From: Octopus sinensis
Lineage: Eukaryota
NCBI RefSeq assembly: GCF_006345805.1
Contig: NW_021833006.1
Location: forward strand, 1-57,485
Reading direction: 5' to 3'
Length of the DNA: 57,485 nucleotides
Made by a program: the position numbers and the translations under genes. Below the pieces are notes generated by a model. That model was not told the origin of the DNA and made no database searches. It saw only the letters and a list, made by a program, of their open reading frames with translations. Positions 24,861 to 37,612 of this stretch are shown in pieces. Numbering within the stretch: position 1 is the first letter of the stretch; every line of letters begins with the position of its first letter.

Positions 24861-25235
24861 GGCGTAGCAATGGCTGTGTGGTAAGTAACTTACTTAACAA
24901 CCACATGGTTCCGGGTTCAGTCCCACTGTGTGGCACCTTGGGCAAGTGTCTGCTACTATAGTGAGTGGATTTGGTAGACGGAAACTGTATGTGTGTGTGT
25001 GTGCGCGCGTGTATACGTTTGTGTGTGTGTGTGTGTGTGTTTGTCCCCCCAACATCGCTAGACAACTGATGCTGGTGTGTTTACGTCCCCGTAACTTAGC
25101 GGTTCGGCAAAAGAGACCGTTAGAATAAGTATTAGGCTTACAAACAATAAGTCCTGGGGTCGATTTGCTCGACTAAAGGCGGTGCTCCAGCATGGCCGCA
25201 GTCAAATGACTGAAACAACTAAAAGAGTAAAAGAG
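24861..25235 (+). mobile_element. SINE-B, full-length copy
   Basis: Head, CORE-like ACCTTGGGCAAGTG, internal (GT)n, 3' half ending TAAAAGAGTAAAAGAG. Confidence 0.93.
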
Positions 25236-25684
25236 TTGATTAAATATACCCCAAGTATAAAACTGGTACTGCATTTAATAATAAGCAGATTAGATAATCA
25301 AATAGTTAAATATAGTAACCGTTCCACTTGATACTGTGTGGTACATTTCTATTACCAAAATGGATGGGTGTGACGATGACGTTTATTGTGGTGGGGGTGA
25401 TGATTTAGCTGTGTGATTTTGGTCGTGCTTGTGGCCGTCTTCACTAAGTTCCAATATTTTTAACACCTTACAATTATTTCTACCAGGTGAATATAGCAGC
25501 AGAGAATCTCAGCATTGGCTCATCAATTTCTTTTTTTTTTTTTTTTTCGAAAAGAAAATTAAAAGGTGTTTCACTGCTTGCGTTCTTTGCCTTGATTCTA
25601 ACCAGTTTCAAAGACATTTTTCAGAAGCACCGAGTCATCATTTCTGTATTTTCCTTTTCATTCCTGTTTTCCCTCTTGAGCAAT

Positions 25685-25945
25685 AATAATGCAATAATAA
25701 TAATAATAATAATAATGGTAATGATAATGGTAATGATAATAATAGTAATGATAATAATACTATAGTATTAGTAGTAGTAATAAAATAGTAATAGTAATAA
25801 CATTGATAGACAGCAACAGCAATAGCAATAATAGTAATAATAATAATAGTAATAATAATAACAGTGATAATAATAATAATGATAGTAATAATAATAATGA
25901 TAGTAATAATAATAATAGTAATAATAATAGTAATAATAATGAAAT
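25685..25945. repeat. (AAT)n/(AGT)n trinucleotide tract
   Basis: Direct reading. Confidence 0.93.
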
Positions 25946-27659
25946 GATTGACGATAAAAATTAAAAGAATAAATTTATTAGAACGTGTAAAAAATATTAA
26001 GACTGATAAGAGATGAGTTTTAATATTTTCCACACGTTCTTACCATTTTCTCGTTTTTTCTTCTTTTTTTTTAGTTTCTCCGTCAATCTTTAATTCTTTT
26101 TAATATTTTTTTATTATTTGCATTTTTAATTTGCTTTGTTTTACCTTTTTTATGATAATCTATTGATTGCTTTATAGCCTAAACATCTTTTTTTATACTA
26201 GTATTTTTTTGGTTGCTATTAATTTTTGTTTTTCATTTGGTTCTTTTTTTTTTCCTTGGATTTTTTTCCAAGACATTTTCATCTTAGAATTGGGGATTTT
26301 AATGCCACACAAGACTACAGCAAATTAGTTCTGTACTAAAATATTCAAAACCAAACATTAGATTCTCGTGATTAATTCAAATTTTATTTTTTTTAATTAC
26401 TATTAATTTCTAATAGTTTTAAAGCAATTCTTCACCGATTGCTGTTGTTGATGATGATTTAGCTTCAGGTCAACCCTGACTGAACAGAAAATTCAAAAAC
26501 TTCCAATCATGACCATCCAGTCTTTAGGTAAAAACCTGACACCACATTGTTCAACGTGTTCAGTTTTTTTAAGACTGCAATTTGTTGGATTTAAAGGAGA
26601 TTTAGTTGCTGTTTCTATCAGATCAAATGATCAAGACGAGGCTCACGTCATTTGACGATTTGTCAGTCTCTTTTATCTGAGGATGCTTTTCTCGTTAATT
26701 TTTTTTTTTTTTTTTTTTGCGTTTCTGAAATAATTGCTTTGACGGCCATTTTAAGGATTATATTTTGGCAGGAAGGTAATTCAAAGTTTTGTATGTAGAA
26801 CACGTATTCAATCAGATAAACCTAAATAGTTTGTTGCGATATGGAATCCCTTTTGCTTTCCTTTTTTTTGTCTTTTTAAGGGAAAAAAAGCCAGCATAAA
26901 ACACAGGATCTTAAAAATAGATGATTGATATGTGTGTGTTTTGTATATGTGAGAGAGGGAGACAGTGAGAGAGTCTGTGAGAGAAAAAGTGTGTGTGTGT
27001 GTGTAGAAGCATGTGTGTGTAGAAGCATGTGTGTGAATGTATGTGTTTTGTGTGCTTTGTATGTGTATTCATTGTCCTGCATGCGTGTGTGTGTGTGTGT
27101 GTATGAGAGAGAGAGAAAGTCCTGTGTATAAAATGTAAACCCAGGAGGAAGACATGGTACAAAGTGGTGAAAAGAGACTTTCGGATATCTCACTTAGGTA
27201 ACAAAGGACCAAGATCATTGGTGGTTCGTAGTACTTGCGAAGACCCTAAAATAAAATTGAGACCCTAAAGACAGGTCGTTTATGCCTTTACCCCTCTCTC
27301 CTCCACAACTTGTCTTCCTTACACCTCTCTCTGCTGCTATCGCCACTCACTATATTCTCCTTCCCTCTACATCTCGCTCCTCTTTGGCACTCTCACCAAC
27401 ACACCTTCTCACTCACCCTATCCAATCCTCTATACCCCTTCACTTATCTACTCTTCCCTATAACTTGAGGGGGAGCCTCGACTCATCTTAACCATCTTCT
27501 TAATCTCCTCTCTCCTTTTACAAGTGGGGCAGCCATGTATCTCCTCTACCGAAAGATACTCGTTTCTGTCCCCTATTAACTCCAGTCTTTCATCACCCGG
27601 CACAAAACCATCTCCTTTAATTCTACTCTCCGTTTCAATTGTTGGTTACTTGGTAACCT

Positions 27660-27848
27660 TACCGATGCTGGTGCCACGTAAAAGGCACCCGCATACTCTA
27701 AAATGGTTGGTGTTAGGAAGGGCATCCAGCCATAGGAACCATGCCGAAACGGGCAGACCTTCCCGAAGTTCTCTGGCCTGCCTACTCCTTCCAAACCGTC
27801 TGACCCTTGCCTGCATAAAAAAACAGGCGTTAAACGATGATGATGAAC
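27660..27848 (+). mobile_element. 3' end of a SINE or LINE with a (GAT)n tail
   Basis: GGTGCCACGTAAAAGGCACC...GTTAGGAAGGGCATCCAGCC...CGTTAAACGATGATGATG. Recognised from memory as a common retroposon tail; single copy in this window. Confidence 0.65.
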
Positions 27849-27910
27849 ATATTACACACACAAACACACACGCATATTTGAAATGTGTGGTGATATATAC
27901 CGTGTGTATA

Positions 27911-28250
27911 TATGAAATGTTTGCGATCCTGTATATCCTGTCTTTTTATGAAATGTGTGCGATCATGTATATCCTGCCATTTTTATGAAATGTGTGCGAT
28001 CCTGTCTTCCTGTGAAATGTGTGCGATCATGTATATCCTACCATTTTATGAAATGTATGCGATCATGTATATCCTGCCTTCCTGTGAAATGTGTGCTATC
28101 ATGTATATCCTGCCTTCCTGTGAAATGTGTGCGATCATTTATATCTTGTCTTCCTATGAAATGTGTGCAATCGTATATCTCCTGTCTTCCTATGAAATGC
28201 ATGCGGTCATGTATATCTTGTCTTGTCTATGAAATGCGTGCGGTTATGAC
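27911..28250. repeat. ~36-bp minisatellite (TATGAAATGTGTGCGATCATGTATATCCTGCCTTCC), about 10 copies
   Basis: Direct reading. Confidence 0.92.
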
Positions 28251-28424
28251 GAAAGGCACTAGTCCAAGACGTTATGCAGTGAGCTCGAACGCGGGACATC
28301 ACGAGTGAGGAATGAACTTCTTCACCTTTCAGCAATGTTTTTGATTCTATTAGCATGATTAATTGCTTATAAACTCTCACATTCAAGCATATTTATACGC
28401 ACTTACATAAGTCGTGATACTCTG

Positions 28425-28800
28425 CAGGATACGACGACGAGGGTTTCAGTTGACCCGATCGACGGAACAGCTTGCTCGTGAAATTAACGTGTAAGTGGCT
28501 GAGCACTCCACAGACACATGCACCCTTAACGTAGTGCTCGGGGGAGATTCAGCGTGACACAAAGTGTATGACGAGGCTGGCTCCTTTGAAATACAGATAC
28601 AACAGAAACAGGAAGAAAGAGTGAGAGAAAGTTGTGGTGAAAGAGTACAGCAGGGTTCGTCACCACCCCCTGCTGGAGCATCGTGGAGCTTTTACGCGTT
28701 TTCGTTCAATAAACACTCACAACGCCCGTTCTGGGAATCGAAACCGCGATCGTACGACTGCGAGTCAGCTGACCTAACCACTGGTCTATTGCGCCTCCAC
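28425..28800 (-). mobile_element. SINE-C, full-length copy
   Basis: Reverse complement colinear with 16864-17250. Confidence 0.93.
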
Positions 28801-29067
28801 CTCATGCAAGTATACGCATACACGCATACGTACACATTTCGCACATACACAGAATAGACATATTTACACACATACACACCTCGGTCAAATGTCTTCTGCG
28901 ACAGCCCCGGCCAAAGTACAAATCTGAATAAATTTGGTCAGCAAACTGTTGAAGACTGTCGTGTATGTATGTGTGTATAACCGGTGTTGGTTTTATAACA
29001 TCCCCTTTGCTCAGTCAAGCACTAGGACTAACGTAGTTATTTAACCCCATCCTCTGTTTCTTTCTTC

Positions 29068-29098
<31 letters not shown>

Positions 29099-29304
29099 AA
29101 ATCGCTGACCTAGTACCAAAATTTGAAGCAATTATTCTACCCACTTGTAAAGGCAGCGAGCGGGTAGAAACGTAAAATTCCAATCCAATCCTTTTTTGCC
29201 AAATCAAAAACCATTATTCTCTCTGCTGATTTAGCGATTCTGAAATTTGATCAGCTAGGAAGAAAATGGGTCATTTTTTGTGATTCTTTAAGGTACCGAA
29301 GAAA

Positions 29305-30020
29305 CTAGGGTCTTTAACGTACCATAGGTATGAGTCTTTAACGCACCACGGGTAAGGGTCTTTAGCGCTCTACGGGTGCGTGTGTTTTTAAAGTTCCACG
29401 TATTCGTCTGTCTTTAAAGCGCTTCGAGTTCGTTTGTCTTTCGAGCTCCACGAGTGCGTGTGTCCTTAACTCTTTCGTTACCGTATTTATTTTGAGATGC
29501 TCTGTGTTTCATTCAATTAATTTTAAATATAACAAAGAATTTAGTAAAAGAACTTAGTTATCATTAAGCTAGTGTTGGGAACATAAATTGTGACTAAAGT
29601 TTGGTGGAAGATTGTAATTCAAAACTTATGAAAACAAGACATTTGTACTACAGAGCCAGAGGTGGTTTTGGCCAGGTTGGTATCAAAAGGGTTAACGCGT
29701 CACAGGTGCGTGTGTCTTTAAATCGCCACAGGTGCGCGTATTCTTAACTCGTCACGGATGCGTGTCTTTAAATCGCCACGGGTGCGAGTGTCCTTAACGC
29801 GCCACAAGTGCGTGTGTCCTTAACGCGCCACAAGTGCGTGTGTCCTTAACGCGCCATGGGTGAGCGTGTCTTTAAAGCGCCACGGGTGCGCGTGTCCTTA
29901 ACGTGCCACGGATGCGTGCGTCTTTAACGCGTCACGGATGCGTGTGTCCTTAACGCGGCACAGGTGCGTGCGTCTTTAACGCGCCACGGCTGCGTGCCTC
30001 TTTAACGCGCCACGGGTGCT
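29305..30020. repeat. ~26-bp minisatellite (TTTAACGCGCCACGGGTGCGTGTGTC) interrupted by a MITE
   Basis: Degenerate units at 29305-29469 and more homogeneous units at 29692-30020. Confidence 0.9.
29470..29691. mobile_element. 222-bp piggyBac-like MITE with TTAA TSD
   Basis: TTAA|CTCTTTCGTTACC ... GGTATCAAAAGGG|TTAA; removing it restores the minisatellite unit. Confidence 0.85.
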
Positions 30021-30649
30021 TACGAATATACCATACTATAAACTATAGTTTTTATGGTACCACAGATGAGTTTTTAAAGTACCGTAGATAGGCTCAGTTC
30101 AGCTTATAAATATCCGAACGGAACTCATCTGTGTGTGCTTACAACAGTATTTGAAATATCTAATTTTAATTCTTAGTTACGCCGTGCTGTGTTTCCCAAT
30201 TCCGACGCTTGCTGTTATTATATTAATATATTTTTGATCTTACAAATATATTCTTCTTTGTTAACAATAACAAACATATTGCTCCTAATGGTGTTTCATA
30301 TTACAATTTTATCGTTGTTTTTCAAATCATGCAGAGCTAGTTTTTTTCACGTTCTTGTTAAATACGTATTTCCTGTCTTGTTTACATGATGGTTTTTTTT
30401 TTTTCTTTTATTGTTACCTTCACACCTGAAGAAGTCTTGCAGGTTTCGAAAACGTTAATAGACTTCGAAATATTATTGTTCCGAACTGAAGATAAAAGAA
30501 AAAGACGTTTAGAAAACTTTCAATAAAAATAATTAAATTTCAAAACAGTTGTGTCTATGATACATGTTTTAAAAAGAAGAGCTACCTCTGCGTGTGTGTG
30601 TACATAAAAGCGTATACTCGCAAACGCGTGCGCGAGACACAGTGCGTCA

Positions 30650-30680
30650 ATATATATATATATGTCTGTGTGTGTGTATG

Positions 30681-30718
<38 letters not shown>

Positions 30719-31208
30719 AATATATATATATATATGTGTGTGTGAATATATATATATATATGTGTGTGTGAATATATATATATATATGTGTGTGTGAATA
30801 TATATATATATATGTGTGTGTGTATATATATATATATGTGTGTGTGTATATATATATGTGTGTGTATATATATATATATATATACATGTTTATATGTGTG
30901 TGTATATATATACATGTTTATGTGTGTGTGTGTATATATATATATACATGTTTATATGTGTGTGTATATATATATATATACATGTTTATATGTGTGTGTA
31001 TATATATATATACATGTTTATATGTGTGTGTATATATATATATACATGTTTATATGTGTGTATATATATATACATGTTTATATGTGTGTGTATATATATA
31101 TATACATGTTTATATGTGTGTGTATATATATATATACATGTTTATATGTGTGTGTATATATATATACATGTTTATATGTGTGTGTATATATATATACATG
31201 TTTATATG

Positions 31209-31239
<31 letters not shown>

Positions 31240-31580
31240 GTGTATATGTGTGTGTATATACATATATGTGTATATGTGTGTGTATATACATATATGCGTA
31301 TATGTGTGTATATATACATATATGTGTATATGTGTGTGTGTATATACATGTTTATATCTGTATGTATATATAGATATGTGTGTGTATATATGTATGTATG
31401 TGTGTGTATATATACTTGAGTGTATGTGTGTGCGTATGTGCGTCTATATGCATGTGTGTACATGTGTGTGTCTATATACATATGTGTGTGTATGTATAGA
31501 TATGTGTGTATGTGTGCATATTTACATAATTGTGTGTTTGTGTGTGTGTATATATATGTGTGTGTGTGTGTGTGAGAGAG
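30650..31580. repeat. Compound TA/TG microsatellite with a (TA)n-CATGTTTATA-(TG)n minisatellite (~30870-31230)
   Basis: Direct reading. Confidence 0.92.
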
Positions 31581-31898
31581 TGAGAGAATGAAAGGGAGAT
31601 GTTTATAGAATACATAAATCTACATACTTAAAGTCTTATATTAAAACATATATACATTTCTATTTTCACACACACACACACACGCACTCAGACTTGTAGT
31701 GAATAAACATAATAAGAAAATAAACAGATTGGGGCAGAGACTAAGCGTATAGAGAAAGAATGTAGAACGTATTTCTGCGCATGCGCACACACTAGAATAA
31801 AAGAATGTAAGTTAATCACAACACTTGTTCTATTATCATTTTAATTTTTATATTACTCTACATTTTTACCTTAGTTCCTCTCAATAACATTGTTTACA

Positions 31899-31937
<39 letters not shown>

Positions 31938-32019
31938 AGTTACATTTGTAAGTATACTTATATATTATAGGTGAATGTGTATATGTGTCCATGATATATG
32001 TGTGTGCTTGTGACATTAG

Positions 32020-32510
32020 TGTGTATAGTGTGTGTGTATTGTGTGTGTTGTGTGTATGGTGTGTGTGTGTGTATTGTGTGTGTGTGTATGGTGTGTGTGT
32101 ATATGGTGTGCGTGTGTGTAGTGTGTGTGTGTATGGTGTGCGTGTGTGTATTGTGTGTGTGTATTGTGTGTGTGGTGTGTGTGTATTGTGTGTGTGTGTG
32201 TATGGTGTGTGTGTATATGGTGTGCGTGTGTGTAGTGTGTGTGTGTGTATGGTGTGCGTGTGTGTATTGTGTGTGTGTATTGTGTGGTGTGTATTGTGTG
32301 TGTGTGTGTATTGTGTGTGTGTGTATTGTGTGTGTGTATTGTGTGTGTGTGTATTGTGTGTGTAGCGTGTGTGTGTGTAGCGTGTGTGCGTATAGTGTGT
32401 GTGTAGTGTGTGTGTGTGTATGTGTATTGTGTGTGTAGCGTGTGTGTGTGTAGCGTGTGTGCGTGTAGTGTGTGTGCGTATAGTGTGTGTAGTGTGTGTA
32501 TGTGTGTGTT
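32020..32510. repeat. Compound (GT)n microsatellite with periodic ATT/ATG/AGC interruptions
   Basis: Direct reading. Confidence 0.92.
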
Positions 32511-32659
32511 AACCTTTGTGTCAGGTGTGTAATTTTATTCTGTTTATGAAAATTCAAATCAAAAGAAAATAATCTTAAATATAAAGATTCTTGTTAAATA
32601 AAAACAATTGTTTTTATTTCCAGTGAGATAAATAAACACTGCAACGAAAAAAACGATGA

Positions 32660-34427
32660 CAACTTTTTATTATAGGCACAAAACCTGAAATTAATAGTGT
32701 TAGGGTAAGCTGATCGAAGCGACCTCTGTGCATAACGGGTACTTATTTTATCGAGTCCGGAAGGACGAAAGGTAAAGTCTAGCATGACAGAATTTGTGCT
32801 CAGAACATAAGGACAGAAGAAATACCGCTAAGCATTATGTGCTCCGTTGTTAACGATTCTGCCAGTTTACCCCCTTAATAATTATAATGATAATCCTTTC
32901 TACCATAGGCACATGACCTGAAATTTGTGGGGAGGTGTCTAGTCGATTAGATCGATTCCAGCACGCAACTGGTACTTGATTTATCGACCCCGAAAGGATG
33001 AAAAGCACAGTTGACCTCGGTAGAGTGGAATTTCAACAAAGAGTCTAATGGCGGACAAAATGCCGTTAAGCATTTTGACCGGCACGCTAACGACTCGACC
33101 AGTTCGTAGCTCTAATAAAAATATAAATAATAATTTTTAGTTTTTAGCCCAAGGCCAGCAATTGTGAGGAGAGATGGCCAGTCGATTGCATCGACCCCCG
33201 GCGTTCCACTGGTACTGAGAAGCTGGGACTATTGGAATTGAGACTTGCATTGCCGACCTGCTTAAAAGTACCATCTTATATTCTACAAGACTCCTTAAAA
33301 TATTTATCTTGTGATTTGAGGAGATTTTTCATTAAACTTCAGGAGTTAATCCCTGTTAATTCAATTAGTACGTTATAGAATTTTCATAATGATCCTTTCT
33401 ACTATAAGCACAAGGCCTGGGATTTTGGAGGAGGAGAAGGAAGAAGAGGAGACTAGTCGATTATATCAAGCCCAGTATTTGACTGGTACATAATTTATCG
33501 ACCTCGAAAGAATGAAAGGCAAAGTCAAAGTCGACCTCGGCAGAATTTGAACTTGCAGCATGAAGACGGACGAAATGCCGCTAAGCATTTTGCCCGGCGC
33601 GCTAACGATGCTGCCAACTCGCCGCCTAAATAATAATAATAATAATAATAATAATCTTTTCTACTATAGACACAAGGCCTGAAATTTAAGAGGAAGAGGT
33701 AAGTTGATCACATTGATCCCCAGTATGCAACAGGTACTTAATTTTTCAATCCCGAAAGGAATTTGAATTCAGAACGTAGCGGCAGACGAAATACCTATTT
33801 CTTTACTACCCACAAGGGGCTAAACACAGAGAGAACAAACAAGGACAGAAAAACGGATTAAGTCGATTACATCGATTCCAGTGCGTAACTGGTACTTAAT
33901 TTATCGACTCCGAAAGGATGAAAGGCAAAGTCGACATGGGCGAAATTTGAACTCAGAACGTAGCGGCAGACGAAATACCGCTAAGCATTTCTCCCGGTGT
34001 GCTAACGATTCCGCTCATCATCGTAATAATAATAATAATAATAATAATATTTCCTACTATGAGCACAAGGCCTGAAATTTACGGTGAGGTGGCTATTCGA
34101 TTGCATCGACCCCAGTATTTCACACTTATGAAAGGCAAAGTCAACCTTGGCAGAATTTGAACTCAGAACGTGAAGACGAATGAAATTTCGCTAACGCCTT
34201 AATAATAATCATAATCCTTTCTACTATAAGGACAAGGCATGAAATTTTTGGGAAGGGGGCCAGTCGATTAAATCAACCCCAATACGCAACTGGTACTTAA
34301 TTTATCGACCCCTAAAGGATGAAAGGTAAAGTTGACCTCGGCAGAATTTGAACTCAGAATGTAACGGCAGACGAAATGTCGCTAAACATTTAGCTCGGCG
34401 TGCTAACGATTCGGCCAGCTCACCGCC

Positions 34428-34474
<47 letters not shown>

Positions 34475-35048
34475 CCTTTCTACTATAGGCGCAAGGCCTG
34501 AAATTTTGGAGGAGAGGGCCAGTCGATTATATCGGCCCCAGTACGCAACTGGTATTTAATTTATCGACCCCGAAAGGATGAAAAGTAAAGATGACCTTCG
34601 CAGAATTTGAACTCGGAATGTAACCGCAGACGAAATACCTATTTCTTTACTACCCACAAGGGGCTAAACACAGATAGGACAAACAAGGACAGACAAACGG
34701 ATTACAGCGACCCCAGTGCGTAACTAGTACTTAATTAATCGACTCCTAAAGGATGAAAGGTAAAGTTGACCTCGACGGAATTTGAACTCAGAACGTAGCG
34801 GCAGACGAAATACCTATTTCTTTACTACCCACAAGGGGCTAAACACAGAGAGGACAAACAAGGACAGACAAACGGATTAAGTCGATTGTGTTGGCCCCAG
34901 TGCGTAACTGGTACTTAATTTATCGACTCCTAAAGGATGAAAGGTAAAGTTGACCTCGGCAGAATTTGAACTCGGAATATAACGGCAGACGAAATACCGC
35001 TAAGCATTTCACTCGGTGTGCTAACGATTCGGCCAGTTCACTACCTTA
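32660..35048 (-). mobile_element. Chain of about eight same-strand SINE-A elements (monomers, one dimer at 33630-34020, one trimer at 34430-35048)
   Basis: Repeated head (CTGCCAGCTCGCCGCC) abutting the (TAA)n tail of the next element; junctions at 33793, 34637 and 34812. Confidence 0.92.
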
Positions 35049-36062
35049 ATGGTGATGATGATGATGATGATGAAGCCTTGCAAATACAGTTTTTTTTCAT
35101 AAAATTTAAAAAATACGAATTAAACAATCAAAACTCAACGCACCAATAACAACAACAAAAATAAATATTTTAAGATATAGTGTGTATGTGTGTGTTTGTT
35201 TGTTTGTGTTTGTTTGTGTATGTGCGTACATATAATTCTCTATGAACATCAGTATGGCTATGTGTTCACTGGGAATTTCTATCATTGTCTTTCCTCTGAG
35301 ATATTCCTGTCTTATTCTACAGTCGAATCAATAACCGAAACATTTCTAATCAAATTAAGAATTCTAAAGAAAAAAAAATTATTTGTTTATGTTTACTTAA
35401 TACAATGTGTTTGTTTGCTATATTTATTTGTTTGTTTGGAATTTTGTTTGTTTTGATTTTTTTTTCTTGATCTATTGTGTGGTTTCAAAATATAAACAGA
35501 GAAAAAAAGTATACGCAAAAATAGTTCCTTTGTTCATGACATGAACTGTATAACAACGAAGATTGGTACGCAGCCACATAGTTCTGAGTTCGATTTCCCT
35601 ATAATTCACCTTGGATAAAAGTTTTCAGCCATTTCCTCAGTTTGACCAATCAAATGCCGCGTTGTGCTTGCAAGGTGGTGTCATATAATTCCGACTGTAT
35701 TGTTTGTTGAAGCTGGTTAACAATGAAAGTTGTGCATACCGTTTGCAGAAACGGAGCATGTCCCAGTTGATTTCAAATGTGTTTGATGTACTGTTGTGTC
35801 TGGGGAGAGTCATTTTCTTTTTGTGCCTTATAATGTAACACACTCACCGGTAAAATTTCCACTTATTTTTATTTTCCTAAAATTTTCGTTGCGTCTTGCA
35901 GCCTTTTCAATGAGATTTTAAAATTTGCTTCCTATTTGTGATGCAAATCAATGATGTAGCTCCAAGTTTACATTGTTATAGGTTTATTCCACACTTTTGT
36001 AATATCATGCTTCTTATAAGATCTGTTACTATTGTGTTGAATGCGTAAGTCTAAATTATATA

Positions 36063-36268
36063 CAGCAATCCCTTGACTATCGCGGGTGTTACGTTCCCAA
36101 ACATCCCACAGAAATAATTAAAATTTTAAAAAATATAAATACCTATCGACCGCAGAAACTCGTGATATACTGAGGAGTCCACGATATAAATTTATATATA
36201 GTGGCCAGAAAAATCCGCGATGTACTGAGTGTGCGATAGCTGAATCGCGATATGGCGAGGGGTTACTG
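36063..36268. mobile_element. 206-bp pogo/Tigger-like MITE with TA TSD
   Basis: TA|CAGCAATCCCTTGACTATCGCG ... CGCGATATGGCGAGGGGTTACTG|TA. Confidence 0.85.
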
Positions 36269-36392
36269 TATATAGTTAATGGGTAGCAAAAAAGGTCAAA
36301 ATAATATTGATCAAGAAAAATGCAAACAGACGATAGGCAGGCGTAATCATGTGCACGCCCTTCATCACCTGTCAACAGAATATTATTGCAAT

Positions 36393-36983
36393 AAGGCGGC
36401 GAGCTGGCAGAAGCGGTAGCACGCCGGGTGAAATGCTTAACGGTATTTCGTCTGCCGTTACGTTGTGAGTTCAAATTCCGCCAAGGTCGACTTTGCCTTT
36501 CATCCTCTCGGGGTCGATAAATTAAGGACCAATTACGTTCTAGGGTCGTTGTAATCGACTTAATCCGTTTGTCTGTACTTGTTTGTCCCCTCTGTGTTTA
36601 GCCCCTTGTGGGTAGTAAAGAAACAGGTATTTCGTCTGCCGCTACGTTCTGAGTTCAAATTCCGCCGAGGTTGATTTTGTCTTTCATCCTTTCAGGGTCG
36701 ATAAATTAAGTACCAGTTACGTACTGGGGTCAATGTAATCGACTTAATCCGTGTGTCTGTGCTTGTTTGGCCCCTCTGTGTTTAGCCCCTTATGGGTAGT
36801 AAAGAAATAGGTATTCTGTCTGTCTTTACGTTCTGAGTTCAAATTCTGCCGTGGTCGACTTTACCTTTCATCCTCTCGGGGTCGATAAAGTAAGGACCAG
36901 TTACGCACTGGATCGATATAATCAACTTAATCCCTTTGTTTGTCCCCTCTATGTTTAGCCCCTTGTGGGCAATAAGGAAATAG
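36393..36983 (+). mobile_element. SINE-A trimer with TSD
   Basis: Unit starts at 36444, 36628 and 36812 (184-nt period); flanked by GAATATTATTGCAAT and GAATATTATATTGCAAT. Confidence 0.95.
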
Positions 36984-37147
36984 GAATATTATATTGCAAT
37001 TTTGGCAATATACAACAGAATTGCTGAAATTCAGTGGTAACGATAGTATTTAGCATTGTAGGCCTAGACACCGTATGTGTATACACACGTTTTTATGGTG
37101 GGGGTATTTTACATACTGTAAGGCGGTGAGCTGGGGCCTCTGCTTTG

Positions 37148-37425
37148 AAGGATTCAGCTGAATTAATCGACACCAGAACTTATTTTTACCGAAACTGCTG
37201 TTATAAGGACGTAAACCAACGAACACCAGTTGTCAAGTGGTGGCACCACACACACACACACTGCAGAATTCTTTCTGTTTCCTTCTCCCAGATCCACTCA
37301 CGAGACTTTGGTCGGTCTGGAGCTATAGTAGATAACATTGTGGCCAACTGTGCCACACGGTGGGACTGAACCCGAAACCGTGTGGTTGGGAAACCAACTT
37401 CTTATCCCACAACCACGTCTGCGCC
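37148..37425 (-). mobile_element. SINE-B, diverged copy
   Basis: GGGACTGAACCCG (B-box complement), GATCCACTCAC, GTTGTCAAG. Confidence 0.82.
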
Positions 37426-37574
37426 TATATGTATTGGTGTGTATAGATTTGCAGCTATATATACATACACACACACATACATACACGTGTCTTTGAATGT
37501 GTGTGTGTGTGTGTATGTTTGCATGTATATGCGTGCAGAGGAGGCTGTTTGTTTTAAGGCACTGTGCGTGTATG

Positions 37575-37612
<38 letters not shown>

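Noticed and set aside
30061-30133. 12-bp inverted repeat CACAGATGAGTT/AACTCATCTGTG
   Set aside because: Short, single occurrence, no TSD; insufficient to call an element.
30421-30475. CUGAAGA...GAAA hammerhead-like motif
   Set aside because: Extra nucleotides before GAAA and no stem I.
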